A DNA stretch of 57,811 bases from Vulcanimicrobiaceae bacterium (GTDB taxonomy: Bacteria; Vulcanimicrobiota; Vulcanimicrobiia; Vulcanimicrobiales; Vulcanimicrobiaceae): contig JBHEMH010000007.1 in assembly GCA_046262675.1 (NCBI GenBank), forward strand, positions 1 to 57,811, written 5' to 3'. This document shows positions 1 to 8,239 of this stretch, in pieces; the stretch's first letter is position 1, and every line of letters starts with the position of its first letter. The position numbers and the translations under genes are program-made. The notes under the pieces were generated by a model that was not told the DNA's origin, made no database searches, and saw only the letters and a list, made by a program, of their open reading frames with translations.

Positions 1-419
1 ACGAGATTCTGGTCGCCGCCGATTTCGAGGGCGCCGCTGGGGAGCACATTCGTCACCGTTGCCATCATGGCGGTGACGAACGTGTTCGTGCCGGTGTTGG
101 AATTGGCGCTCTGCGTGCCCGTGCTGCCACCCATTCCGGTGGCGAAACGCAAGAAGCTCAAAGCCGCATTCCCGGTGGCAGGCGCGAGCGCAAGGCTGTA
201 GCCTTTGGTATTCGTAATGTTTTGCGTGCTTGAGTTTTGAACCGAGAAATTAAACTGCACGCCGAGGAGGTCGCCAACCTGTTGGGCGCGGTGATCGGGG
301 CCTAAGCGTAGGGGATGTCCGGCGGCTGCGGGCGGCGGCCCGGCAACATACAAGGAATCTGCGGCCGCAATGCCCGCCGTCATCGCAAAAACAAAAAGTA
401 GCGCAAGCAGTTTTTTCAC
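1..419 (-). CDS. flgH: Flagellar L-ring lipoprotein FlgH (N-terminal part; gene runs off the window start)
   Basis: Reverse-strand translation from GTG at 419-417: VKKLLALLFVFAMTAGIAAADSLYVAG..., a lipoprotein-like signal. Conserved FlgH core (...VGDLLGVQF..., ...TNVLPSGALEIGGDQ) continues to position 1. GTG overlaps the flgA stop (GTGA). Confidence 0.75.
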   Translation of the reverse strand, partial: MKKLLALLFVFAMTAGIAAADSLYVAGPPPAAAGHPLRLGPDHRAQQVGDLLGVQFNFSVQNSSTQNITNTKGYSLALAPATGNAALSFLRFATGMGGSTGTQSANSNTGTNTFVTAMMATVTNVLPSGALEIGGDQNL

Positions 420-1138
420 TGCGTATCTCCTCCAGGTAACTCGAGTTCTACCCTTCCTGGGCCCGTGACGGTGCCTGAGAGCTGTTTATTCGTCAACGGG
501 TTATACACGGTGACTTGGTCGCCAAGTCCACCGCTCGTCCTTGCAATAACATCGGCAGTTAGCGCGACGCCCCCGTCGCGCACGGTCATAATAACACTCG
601 CACCGGCCTTCACGATCTGATCCACGCTCGTGGAGTCGATAAAAATTGACTGGCCCTTTACGAACGCGGCGATGACGCGGCGTCCGATAAGCACATCGGT
701 ACTGTTCGGCTGCCGGCCGACAAATGCGACGCGCGCCATCTTCACATCTTCTTCTGCGATAATCGTTCCGGGCGCGATGTCGCGCGCGGCGACCGCTTGC
801 TTGGAGTATTGTTGCATGCGGTAGCCTACGTAAACAAAGCGGGATGCCTTGCCGTCGATGGAGAGTGTCACGGGAACATTTATATAACTCGGATTCACGA
901 GCGGCGTGCCGGCTTGCATTACAAGCCGGCCGGCGGGCATGATTTGATCCGGCACCGAGAATGCCGGCAAGATCGAATGATCTTTGTCGACCTTGAGCGC
1001 GCGGATCATGCCGTCGGCGAGACCCGCGATAGTGCGCCCGCTGATCGTTTGCGACTGAACGCGCTGCGCCGCCGGAGCTGCCGATGGCAGCCCCGAGAGT
1101 GCAATTATGATCAGTGCAACGAGCGTGCGCATCATCAT
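416..1138 (-). CDS. flgA: Flagellar basal-body P-ring formation chaperone FlgA
   Basis: 240-aa ORF with signal peptide and SAF/FlgA-like C-terminal beta-rich region. Sits directly downstream of flgG in a rod/ring operon. Confidence 0.8.
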   Translation of the reverse strand: MMMRTLVALIIIALSGLPSAAPAAQRVQSQTISGRTIAGLADGMIRALKVDKDHSILPAFSVPDQIMPAGRLVMQAGTPLVNPSYINVPVTLSIDGKASRFVYVGYRMQQYSKQAVAARDIAPGTIIAEEDVKMARVAFVGRQPNSTDVLIGRRVIAAFVKGQSIFIDSTSVDQIVKAGASVIMTVRDGGVALTADVIARTSGGLGDQVTVYNPLTNKQLSGTVTGPGRVELELPGGDTQ

Positions 1139-1140
1139 CC

Positions 1141-1929
1141 TTAGCGTTTCGTATTTACGGCAGTCTCGAGCATCTGATCGGATGTCTGAATCGCCTTAGA
1201 GTTCGCTTCAAAGGCGCGCTGGGCGACGATCATGTTGACGATTTCTTCAACGACGGCGACGTTTGATTGTTCCAGGTAGCCGCCTTGAAGCGTTCCGGTA
1301 CCGTTGAGGCCGGGGGTGGAAACGATAGGCGCACCGGAGGCCGCGGTCTGCGTGTAGAGATTGTGGCCGCCGATCGGCGAGAGTCCGGCGTTATTCGTGA
1401 AGCGCACGAGTTGGATTTGACCAAGCTGCTGCGGAACGCTCGAACCGGGAATCTGCGCGCTCACCGTGCCGTCTTGGCCGATGGCAACGCTCGAGGCGTT
1501 GGCGGGAATCGTAATTTGCGGCGAGAGAAACAAGCCGTCGGCCGTAACCATCGACCCGTTGGCATCGCGCTTGAATGAGCCGTCCCGCGAATAAGCGGTG
1601 GTGCCGTCGGCCTGCGTTATCTGAAAGAATCCATCACCTTCGATTGCGACGTCGAGGTTGTTGTCGGTTTGGATCAGCGTGCCTTGGCTAAAGACTTTTT
1701 GCGACGCGCCGACTTTTACGCCGAGACCGACGTCCTGGCCTACGGGAATTTGGCTTGCGCCGACCGGTGATCCGGGGGCGCGCAATTCTTGATACACCAG
1801 ATCCTGAAAACGCGCTTGGTTCTTACGAAACCCTGTCGTATTGACGTTCGCAAGATTGTTCGAAATCGTATCGATGTTGAATTGTTGGGCAATCATGCCG
1901 CTCGCAGCGGTGTAAAGTGCTCGCATCAT
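1141..1929 (-). CDS. flgG: Flagellar basal-body distal rod protein FlgG
   Basis: 262 aa. N-terminal rod motif LYTAASGM...NNLANVNTTGF and C-terminal ...VEEIVNMIVAQRAFEANSKAIQTSDQMLETAVN. Confidence 0.9.
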   Translation of the reverse strand: MMRALYTAASGMIAQQFNIDTISNNLANVNTTGFRKNQARFQDLVYQELRAPGSPVGASQIPVGQDVGLGVKVGASQKVFSQGTLIQTDNNLDVAIEGDGFFQITQADGTTAYSRDGSFKRDANGSMVTADGLFLSPQITIPANASSVAIGQDGTVSAQIPGSSVPQQLGQIQLVRFTNNAGLSPIGGHNLYTQTAASGAPIVSTPGLNGTGTLQGGYLEQSNVAVVEEIVNMIVAQRAFEANSKAIQTSDQMLETAVNTKR

Positions 1930-1947
1930 AGTTAGTTCAATTGCTCC

Positions 1948-2754
1948 TTAACGGGTGTGCCCAACGTTTGATATAACGTTGTTCGTCATGTCGTCTTCTG
2001 ATTGGATAACTTTTTCATTTGCTTGGAACCAACGCTCGGCGTTGATCAAATCAACCATCGAACGCACGACGTTCGCGTTGCTCTTTTCAACGAAACCTTG
2101 ATTGACTGAAGTTGTTGCCGCAGCCACGGGACCCGCAGCGCCGGTGTTGACGAAGCGGTTATCGCCTTCGGGGCGCAGCGCGGTCAAATTGGTAAATTCC
2201 GTGAGCCGCATTTGATCGGTCGTTTGGCCGTTCACGCTCACTGCGCCATTGGTGCCGACTTCGAATTTCGCCGCCGGCGGCACGGTAATCGCGCCGGCTT
2301 TGCCGAGCACGAGGTCGCCTTGCTGCGTCGTCAGCAGGCCCTGATTGTTACGCACGAACGAGCCGTCGCGCGTATAGCGCACGCCTTGCGGCGTTTGGAT
2401 CGCGAAAAACCCGGGCCCCGAAAGTGCTACATCAAGCGTGTTGCCGGTTTGAGCGAACGCGCCTTCTTCAAAATTTGTGGGAGTATCCATCACGAGCGAG
2501 CCGGTGCCGAGCTGTCCTACGTACTGCATGACATGCTGGCCGGGAACGGTCGTGCCCGGCGTTTTGCCCGGATCCGTTTGGATACGGTAGATGTTGAAAG
2601 GCGTTGCCGCTTCAATTTGCAGCAGCGTTTGCTTGAAGCCGCTCGTGTTGACGTTCGCAAGGTTATTTGCGATGACATCAGCTTTTGCTTGAGCCGTTAG
2701 CGCCCCAGCCGCCGCCGTATAAAGGCCACGTACCAATTTAAAAAACCTCCGCAC
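1948..2754 (-). CDS. flgF: Flagellar basal-body rod protein FlgF
   Basis: 268 aa. Conserved rod N-terminal (NNLANVNTSGFK) and C-terminal (DLINAERWFQANEKVIQ) motifs. GGAGG RBS 8 nt upstream. Confidence 0.85.
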   Translation of the reverse strand: MRRFFKLVRGLYTAAAGALTAQAKADVIANNLANVNTSGFKQTLLQIEAATPFNIYRIQTDPGKTPGTTVPGQHVMQYVGQLGTGSLVMDTPTNFEEGAFAQTGNTLDVALSGPGFFAIQTPQGVRYTRDGSFVRNNQGLLTTQQGDLVLGKAGAITVPPAAKFEVGTNGAVSVNGQTTDQMRLTEFTNLTALRPEGDNRFVNTGAAGPVAAATTSVNQGFVEKSNANVVRSMVDLINAERWFQANEKVIQSEDDMTNNVISNVGHTR

Positions 2755-2855
2755 AAACTTGGTGGACCTTTGCAGGGTCCCTCGAAACCGTCAATCAGTC
2801 GGGTTCCGATGCGGCCCCCACCTTGTGCGAAGGTAGTCCAGCCGCTTACTTATAG

Positions 2856-2885
2856 GATATCGGAAGGCGAACCGGGCGACTTTAG
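2856..2885 (-). promoter_or_regulatory. Candidate FliA/sigma-28-type promoter upstream of flgF (TAAAG-N16-CCGATAT)
   Basis: Minus-strand reading CTAAAGtcgcccggttcgccttCCGATATcc, about 95 nt upstream of the flgF start. Matches the TAAA-N15-GCCGATAA/T consensus with a spacer one nt long. Confidence 0.4.
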
Positions 2886-2924
2886 CGCCCGTGCCCCGCC
2901 GGCGGCGTCACTAGGTTAAGAATG

Positions 2925-4448
2925 CTAGTCGCCCCCGTCGCCTCCGCCGCCCGAATAGATGATGCTCGGTGAGGGACCGGTTGAAATTACGAACAGGGCG
3001 TGACTATATGCGCGCACCCGTGATCCGGCCGCGGGGATCTCTTGGATGACGGTGTTGGCGGGCGCATTGGTGATACGCGCCGCGAAGGTCGTCCGCAACT
3101 TCATGCGTTTGAGCACGTTGCCGGCCTCAAGCAACGAGTGCCCAAGGAGATCTGGAATGGCAACAAGCGGAGGACCGCTGCTCACCGCGAGGCGTACCGT
3201 GTCGCCCGGATGCAGGACGGTGCCGGCGGCCGGGGTCTGGTCGATGACCGTTCCCGACGGTGCCGTTTGACTTGTTCTTTTGATCGAGGTGGTGGCAAGG
3301 CCGGCCGTGCGCAGGTGCGATTCTGCGGCGGCGAGTTGCAGATGCCTCACATTCGATACGGTAACGGTCGAGGGACGCGCCAAGGACGCAATCGCCCCGA
3401 GTATCAGTAAAAGGAACAGCGCGCCGACCGCTACGTAGGGAGAGTGTTCGCCCCGCAGCCGGGCCACTTCAATCCGCGGCAGGCGGCTTTCAATCGTTTT
3501 CGATCGTTCTTGCGACCACGTCCAAAAGCGATCCAGCACATTCTCTGGAGCGGCAAATTGCGCTGCCGGTGCGGTTCTTACGATTGTCGGCGACTCAAAA
3601 GCAATGTTGGTTTGCACGAGCGAATCGTCCAGCACTGCAAGCGCCGCATCGAGCTCGGGCGCAGACGCAAACCGCTTCCCGGGGTCCTTCTGCAGCAGCC
3701 GCTGGACGATTGCCGCGAGCGGCGCCGACATCATTGTCTCCAGTCGGCGGCGCGAAGGCGCGGGCTGCGTCACATGGGCCACGGCCGTCGAGACCGGCGA
3801 ATCCGACGTAAAGGGAACATCACCGGAGATCATTTGATAGGCAACCACGCCGGCGCTGTACAGATCCGAGGCCGGGGTGAGCGCTTTTCCCTGTGCTTGT
3901 TCGGGGGAGAAATACTGGACGCTTCCGAGGAGAGTTCCCGGTTGCGTGAGCGAGAGGTCGGCTCCTTCGGCGGCTTTTGCGAGACCGAAATCCGCGACCT
4001 TAAGCGTTTTCTGCGCATCGACGAGCAGATTTGAGGGCTTGATATCGCGATGCAATATGCCTTGGGTATGTGCGGCGCCGAGTGCCTGGGCGATCTGCCG
4101 CAGGTACGCAACCGCTTGATGCTCGGAAAGCGGGCCTTCTGCGAGGATCGTCGCAAGCGATCGGCCCTCCACGTATTCCAAGATAATCGCGTGTGCTTTT
4201 CCGTCGGTAAGCACATCGTAAACACAAACGACGTTCGGATGAACGATCTTTGCGGCAGAGCGCGCCTCGTTGTAGAACCGCTCCACGAAATCGTCATCCG
4301 ATGCATACAGTGGTTTGAGCAGCTTGATGGCGACCGGGCGCTGGAGCAACTCGTCGGCTCCGCGAGAGACCGTGCTCATCGCGCCTTCACCGAGAAGGCT
4401 CGCGACGCGGTAACGGCCACCCAAGAGCCGGCTCGCAGTGCGGGGCAT
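2925..4448 (-). CDS. Serine/threonine protein kinase, membrane-anchored, with two extracellular PASTA repeats
   Basis: Hanks kinase motifs (G-loop LGEGAMSTV, VAIKLLK, HRDIKPSNLL, DFGLAK, GSVQYFSPE). One TM helix (VAVGALFLLLILGAIASLA). Two PASTA-like repeats, then a Gly-rich tail. Confidence 0.9.
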   Translation of the reverse strand: MPRTASRLLGGRYRVASLLGEGAMSTVSRGADELLQRPVAIKLLKPLYASDDDFVERFYNEARSAAKIVHPNVVCVYDVLTDGKAHAIILEYVEGRSLATILAEGPLSEHQAVAYLRQIAQALGAAHTQGILHRDIKPSNLLVDAQKTLKVADFGLAKAAEGADLSLTQPGTLLGSVQYFSPEQAQGKALTPASDLYSAGVVAYQMISGDVPFTSDSPVSTAVAHVTQPAPSRRRLETMMSAPLAAIVQRLLQKDPGKRFASAPELDAALAVLDDSLVQTNIAFESPTIVRTAPAAQFAAPENVLDRFWTWSQERSKTIESRLPRIEVARLRGEHSPYVAVGALFLLLILGAIASLARPSTVTVSNVRHLQLAAAESHLRTAGLATTSIKRTSQTAPSGTVIDQTPAAGTVLHPGDTVRLAVSSGPPLVAIPDLLGHSLLEAGNVLKRMKLRTTFAARITNAPANTVIQEIPAAGSRVRAYSHALFVISTGPSPSIIYSGGGGDGGD

Positions 4449-4479
4449 GCCCAGCTTATTCCCGGTTTGGAGGCAGTTA

Positions 4480-4516
4480 AAAAGAGCCCGGCTGCGTGCC
4501 GGGCTCTTTTATCGAT
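4480..4516 (-). terminator. Rho-independent terminator after fliE (stem AAAGAGCCCGGC/GCCGGGCTCTTT followed by a T-run)
   Basis: Minus-strand reading AAAAGAGCCCGGCacgcaGCCGGGCTCTTTTTAA. Perfect 12-bp stem, 5-nt loop, U-tract. Lies 16 nt after the fliE stop and about 33 nt before the kinase ATG. Confidence 0.75.
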
Positions 4517-4531
4517 CGTCGCGTGTGAGCG

Positions 4532-4891
4532 CTAGACGCTCATGCGTGAAATTTCTTGGTACGATTCCATGAGCTTATTACGCATCGAAAGCGTGAACTG
4601 CATAGCCAGATTGGCTTCCTCAACCGAAGTAACGACCTTGGTCATGTCTGTCGTTTTGCCCGATGCCAAATCGCGCGTATTCTGGTCGGAGGTATTGACC
4701 TTATCGTTGACCTCGCTCAGCATTCCCTTAAGGGTATCCGAAAAGGACTGCGTGGGAGCCGCGCCGGTAACACCGCCGGCAGCGCCATCGGGCAGCGGCG
4801 TCGTATTTGGTGCGTTGCTTGAGCCGATATCCGGAACGAATGTGCCCGGAACGACTTTGCTCATCGAACTACCGAACGAAGGGATGTCCAT
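4532..4891 (-). CDS. fliE: Flagellar hook-basal body protein FliE
   Basis: 119 aa. C-terminal FliE signature ...TSVEEANLAMQFTLSMRNKLMESYQEISRMSV. Confidence 0.85.
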   Translation of the reverse strand: MDIPSFGSSMSKVVPGTFVPDIGSSNAPNTTPLPDGAAGGVTGAAPTQSFSDTLKGMLSEVNDKVNTSDQNTRDLASGKTTDMTKVVTSVEEANLAMQFTLSMRNKLMESYQEISRMSV

Positions 4892-4912
4892 ATTCTCTCT
4901 CTCTAACCTTTA

Positions 4913-5362
4913 CTAGCTTTTCAATAATTGCAGTGCGGCGTTGCCCATGTTGCGGGCCTCTTGGATCGCGGTGACATTTGCTTCGTAGGCGCGCGATGCG
5001 GCCATCATGTCGACCATTTCTTTAACGACTTCGACGTTAGGCATGTGCACGTAGCCGCGCGCATCAGCATCCGGATTGGACGGGTCGAAGACCAGCTTAT
5101 CCGGGCTCGGATCGCTAATGACGCCAAGCGATTGCACGCCGGCTTGGCCATAGCTTTGATCTTGGGAGTCAAGCGAATCTGTTTTATTCTCAGGCGTATC
5201 TGCTTTTTGGGAGAATACCACGAGCTGCCGCTTGAAAGCGCCGCCCCCGGGGCCGCCATGCGTCGAATTGACGTTCGCAATATTATTCGCGATGACGTCC
5301 ATTGCCAGACGTTCGGCCGAAAGCCCCGAGGCACTAATCTCGACTGAACTGTAAAAGCCCAT
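4913..5362 (-). CDS. flgC: Flagellar basal-body rod protein FlgC
   Basis: 149 aa. SASGLSAERLAMDVIANNIANVNST... and C-terminal ...MPNVEVVKEMVDMMAASRAYEANVTAIQ. Confidence 0.9.
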   Translation of the reverse strand: MGFYSSVEISASGLSAERLAMDVIANNIANVNSTHGGPGGGAFKRQLVVFSQKADTPENKTDSLDSQDQSYGQAGVQSLGVISDPSPDKLVFDPSNPDADARGYVHMPNVEVVKEMVDMMAASRAYEANVTAIQEARNMGNAALQLLKS

Positions 5363-5791
5363 TTAAGGATTCCCCGTAATGGATTCACGCAGTCGCATAA
5401 ACTGGACTTGCAACAGTTGCTCCATTGTTCCGCTGTAGCCTGAGTTGATCGAAAGCTGTGCCATCTCTTGATCGATGTCGACATTGCTCTTATCGACCCG
5501 CATTTGGGTGGTGTCGTCAACCTGTGGTTTGGGCGATTCAAATGGGACAGGCGCGGAGCTGCCGTCGGTTGTGATCTGCCGCTCGCTGTTGGTGACCATA
5601 GCCAGGGTATCCGGATCCGGCGGCGTCCCCTCGGTTGCGGCGAGCGCTTCCTTAAAAGAGACGGTCGAGCGCCGGAAATTCGGCGTATTGACGTTGGCAA
5701 TATTATTTGCCAACGCTTGGTGCGTCGTACCGGCGCCATCCATCGCGTTTTTGAGCATGTCGACAGTGGTGCCGAAGTTCAGATCGCTCAT
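5363..5791 (-). CDS. flgB: Flagellar basal-body rod protein FlgB
   Basis: 142 aa. ...ALANNIANVNTPNFRR..., C-terminal ...MAQLSINSGYSGTMEQLLQVQFMRL. Start may be the internal Met at 5758. Confidence 0.85.
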   Translation of the reverse strand: MSDLNFGTTVDMLKNAMDGAGTTHQALANNIANVNTPNFRRSTVSFKEALAATEGTPPDPDTLAMVTNSERQITTDGSSAPVPFESPKPQVDDTTQMRVDKSNVDIDQEMAQLSINSGYSGTMEQLLQVQFMRLRESITGNP

Positions 5792-5800
5792 GTAGTAAAA

Positions 5801-5829
5801 CTATCGGCCGCGGAGGAGGCCGCCTTTAA
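5801..5829 (-). promoter_or_regulatory. Candidate FliA/sigma-28-type promoter immediately upstream of flgB (TAAAG-N15-GCCGATAG)
   Basis: Minus-strand reading TTAAAGgcggcctcctccgcgGCCGATAGttttactacATG. The -10-like element ends about 10 nt before the first ATG of flgB and overlaps the stop codon of the upstream ABC transporter. Confidence 0.4.
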
Positions 5830-7604
5830 TTTGTACGGTTAAGAGTAGCGCCGAACTGGCTCGCGTGAAGGCGGGCGTACGCTCCCCCTAAAGCAAGCAG
5901 GCTCTCGTGAGTGCCCATCTCACGAACCGAGCCCGCCTCAATGTACAGGATTTTGTGCGCTCGCCGGATTGTGGAGAGCCGATGGGCGATGATCAGGGTG
6001 GTACGACCGGGTAGCAAGCGGTCCAGGGCTTGCTCGATCAGCGCTTCCGAATGGCTATCCAGAGCACTTGTGGCTTCATCTAAGATGAGGATACGCGGAT
6101 CGCGCAAAATCGCGCGGGCGATCGAGATGCGTTGCCGCTGGCCGCCGGAGAGCCGGTTGCCTCGCTCCCCGACTTGGGTTTCATACCCTTCAGGGAAGGC
6201 TCGAACAAATTCATCGGCATTCGCCTCGGAGGCCGCGGCCTGGACCTCTTCATCGGTCGCCCCAAGTTTTCCGTAGCGAATGTTCTCGGCTATGGAGCCC
6301 CGGAAAAGTAGCGGCTCTTGGGGAACGATCGCGATCGAGTTGCGCAGATCGCGCAGACGGATCGTGGCAAGATCAAGGCCGTCCAGCGTAATGCGCCCGC
6401 CTTGCGGCTCGTAAAAACGTGGGACCAAATTCACAATAGTTGTCTTGCCGGCCCCCGAGGGACCCACGAGCGCAACGATCTCGCCCGCTTCGATCCCGGC
6501 GGAAAATCCCGAGAGCACTGGCGTCTCCTTGCCGGCATACGCGAACTGGACGTTCTCGAAGTCGATGCGCCCCTTGATGCTGCTCGTTGAGACTGCGTTG
6601 CTTCCATCTTCACGCTCGACGGGCAGGTCGATGATTTCATACACGCGGCCCGCTCCCACAATTGCTTTGTTGATGTCCGAAACAAAGGCCGCAAAGCGGT
6701 TCATGGGATTGACGAGAAACACGATGAGCGTCAGGAACTCGATTGCTGCATCGCCCTTGATACGGCCCACCAAGACTTCACGCGAAATTGCGAACACGAT
6801 CGCGAGGATGCCGACGAGCAAGACCAGCGAGAGCACGAGCGGCTGGGTGTTGATGAACTGCGTGAGTTTCATGTAGGTGCCGAAATAGTCGGCATTGCGA
6901 GCCCGGAAACGCTGGACTTCGTACTCTTCGCGCCCAAAAGCCTTGACGATGCGCTGACCTTGGAGTACTTCGGTGAGGTTTGAAGAGAGATCCGCAATGC
7001 GTTCTTGAGAGCGCATCGAGCCCGTCGCAATGAGCGTGCTAAAGCGTCCCACGGCAAGCGAGATGATTGGTGCCAGGACAAACAGTGAGAGCGTCAGCAA
7101 CCAATCGATCATGAACATGCGCACGATCGTGCCGATAAACTGCGCCGTGTTTTGGACAAGTTGGGGCAGCGAGACCGTGACCGCATCGGTCATCAGTTGC
7201 ATGTCCGAATTGAATCTTGAAATGAGTTCCCCCGGCCGCCACCGGTCGAATTGCGCGAGCGGTAAGTGGAGAATGCGGTCGAACAGGCGCACGCGCATCT
7301 TTGCGATGATGTGCTGGCCGCACCACGCATTGAGATAGGTTTGCGAATAGGTCGCAAAAGCCGCGATAAACTGACTGATAAAGATCAGGGCCATCGCGCG
7401 GTACAGCGGCTGCGCATTCGGATTCTTCGCCTGGAAGATCTCGCCCTGAACGATCGCAAAGGCGTGCGGGATGACCAGCACTGAGACGCCTGCGAGGATC
7501 CCGAGCAGCAGAGCAACGGCTAGGCGTGGGTAGTAGGGGCGGGCATCCTGAGCGAGGCGCCGGAGCGTTTGAGATCGGGTCACGGTTGTTTGCGGTTGCC
7601 GCAT
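5826..7604 (-). CDS. ABC transporter, fused permease/ATPase (MsbA-like exporter family)
   Basis: 592 aa. Six-TM N-terminal half. Walker A (GPSGAGKTT), ABC signature (LSGGQRQR), Walker B (ILILDEATSALD). Confidence 0.85.
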   Translation of the reverse strand: MRQPQTTVTRSQTLRRLAQDARPYYPRLAVALLLGILAGVSVLVIPHAFAIVQGEIFQAKNPNAQPLYRAMALIFISQFIAAFATYSQTYLNAWCGQHIIAKMRVRLFDRILHLPLAQFDRWRPGELISRFNSDMQLMTDAVTVSLPQLVQNTAQFIGTIVRMFMIDWLLTLSLFVLAPIISLAVGRFSTLIATGSMRSQERIADLSSNLTEVLQGQRIVKAFGREEYEVQRFRARNADYFGTYMKLTQFINTQPLVLSLVLLVGILAIVFAISREVLVGRIKGDAAIEFLTLIVFLVNPMNRFAAFVSDINKAIVGAGRVYEIIDLPVEREDGSNAVSTSSIKGRIDFENVQFAYAGKETPVLSGFSAGIEAGEIVALVGPSGAGKTTIVNLVPRFYEPQGGRITLDGLDLATIRLRDLRNSIAIVPQEPLLFRGSIAENIRYGKLGATDEEVQAAASEANADEFVRAFPEGYETQVGERGNRLSGGQRQRISIARAILRDPRILILDEATSALDSHSEALIEQALDRLLPGRTTLIIAHRLSTIRRAHKILYIEAGSVREMGTHESLLALGGAYARLHASQFGATLNRTN

Positions 7605-7621
7605 CCCGTGGGTGAAACCTC

Positions 7622-8239
7622 TTGGCCCTTGGCCCGGTACGTGGATTTGAGGATCTTACTTCACAGGGAGCTTTGCCAATCGTGGATTGCTATTTTCACA
7701 CCAACGTACCGTCCGTCTCCAGTTGCGTGGACTGCCGCAAACCCATCTGCGCGACGTGCCGCATGGACGACGGCATGTGCCCCGGCTGCCGCCTAGCTGC
7801 CAAGATCGATGCTGCCGCGGCAACGCAAAAACCGCTACCGGGCCAGGTTCCGAACTACGGCCGGTCGCCCCGCGCGCGTAGCGCGGCCGTCGCTACGATG
7901 AACGACTCGGTGGAGTCCCGAGCGATCGCCGCACTCGGATATCCGCTTCCTCCGCTTGCGCTCTTAGCGCTGCTGGACCGCAAGCAGTCTCCGGCCCTGC
8001 GGCGGCAGGTCTATCAGTCGCTTGCATTTACCGGCGGGATGGCGGCATTCGGCTTCATCTGCTCGATGATGCTCGGCATTCCGTTCCTGCAGATCAGCGC
8101 CGGAATTCTGCTCGCGATTCTTTTTCCGGTGTGGCTGGTCGGCAGCATTGTCTACGGCATCAAGACGTATAACGGAGAAGATGTTCGCATCCCGATCATC
8201 ACCGACTGGATTGACGAACGGATGCCCCTCGGTCAGTAG
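7622..8239 (+). CDS. Membrane protein with N-terminal double-CxxC zinc ribbon and C-terminal DUF4870-like domain
   Basis: CYFH...CVDCRKPICATCR...CPGCR cysteines, followed by a DUF4870-like hydrophobic region (...LAILFPVWLVGSIVYGIKTYNGEDVRIPIITDWI). TTG start at 7622. An alternative GTG at 7682 has GGGAG 11 nt upstream. Confidence 0.55.
   Translation: MALGPVRGFEDLTSQGALPIVDCYFHTNVPSVSSCVDCRKPICATCRMDDGMCPGCRLAAKIDAAAATQKPLPGQVPNYGRSPRARSAAVATMNDSVESRAIAALGYPLPPLALLALLDRKQSPALRRQVYQSLAFTGGMAAFGFICSMMLGIPFLQISAGILLAILFPVWLVGSIVYGIKTYNGEDVRIPIITDWIDERMPLGQ

Noticed and set aside
3444-4306. Several 75-196 aa ORFs (for example 3444..4034 plus, 3830..4306 minus) inside the kinase gene
   Set aside because: Alternative frames of a high-GC coding region. 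Arg/Ser/Pro-rich low-complexity translations. Fully contained in a gene with strong motif support.
5005-5739. 244-aa minus-strand ORF spanning flgB/flgC in another frame
   Set aside because: Overlaps two well-supported flagellar genes on the same strand. Arg/Pro-rich composition typical of off-frame GC-rich translation.
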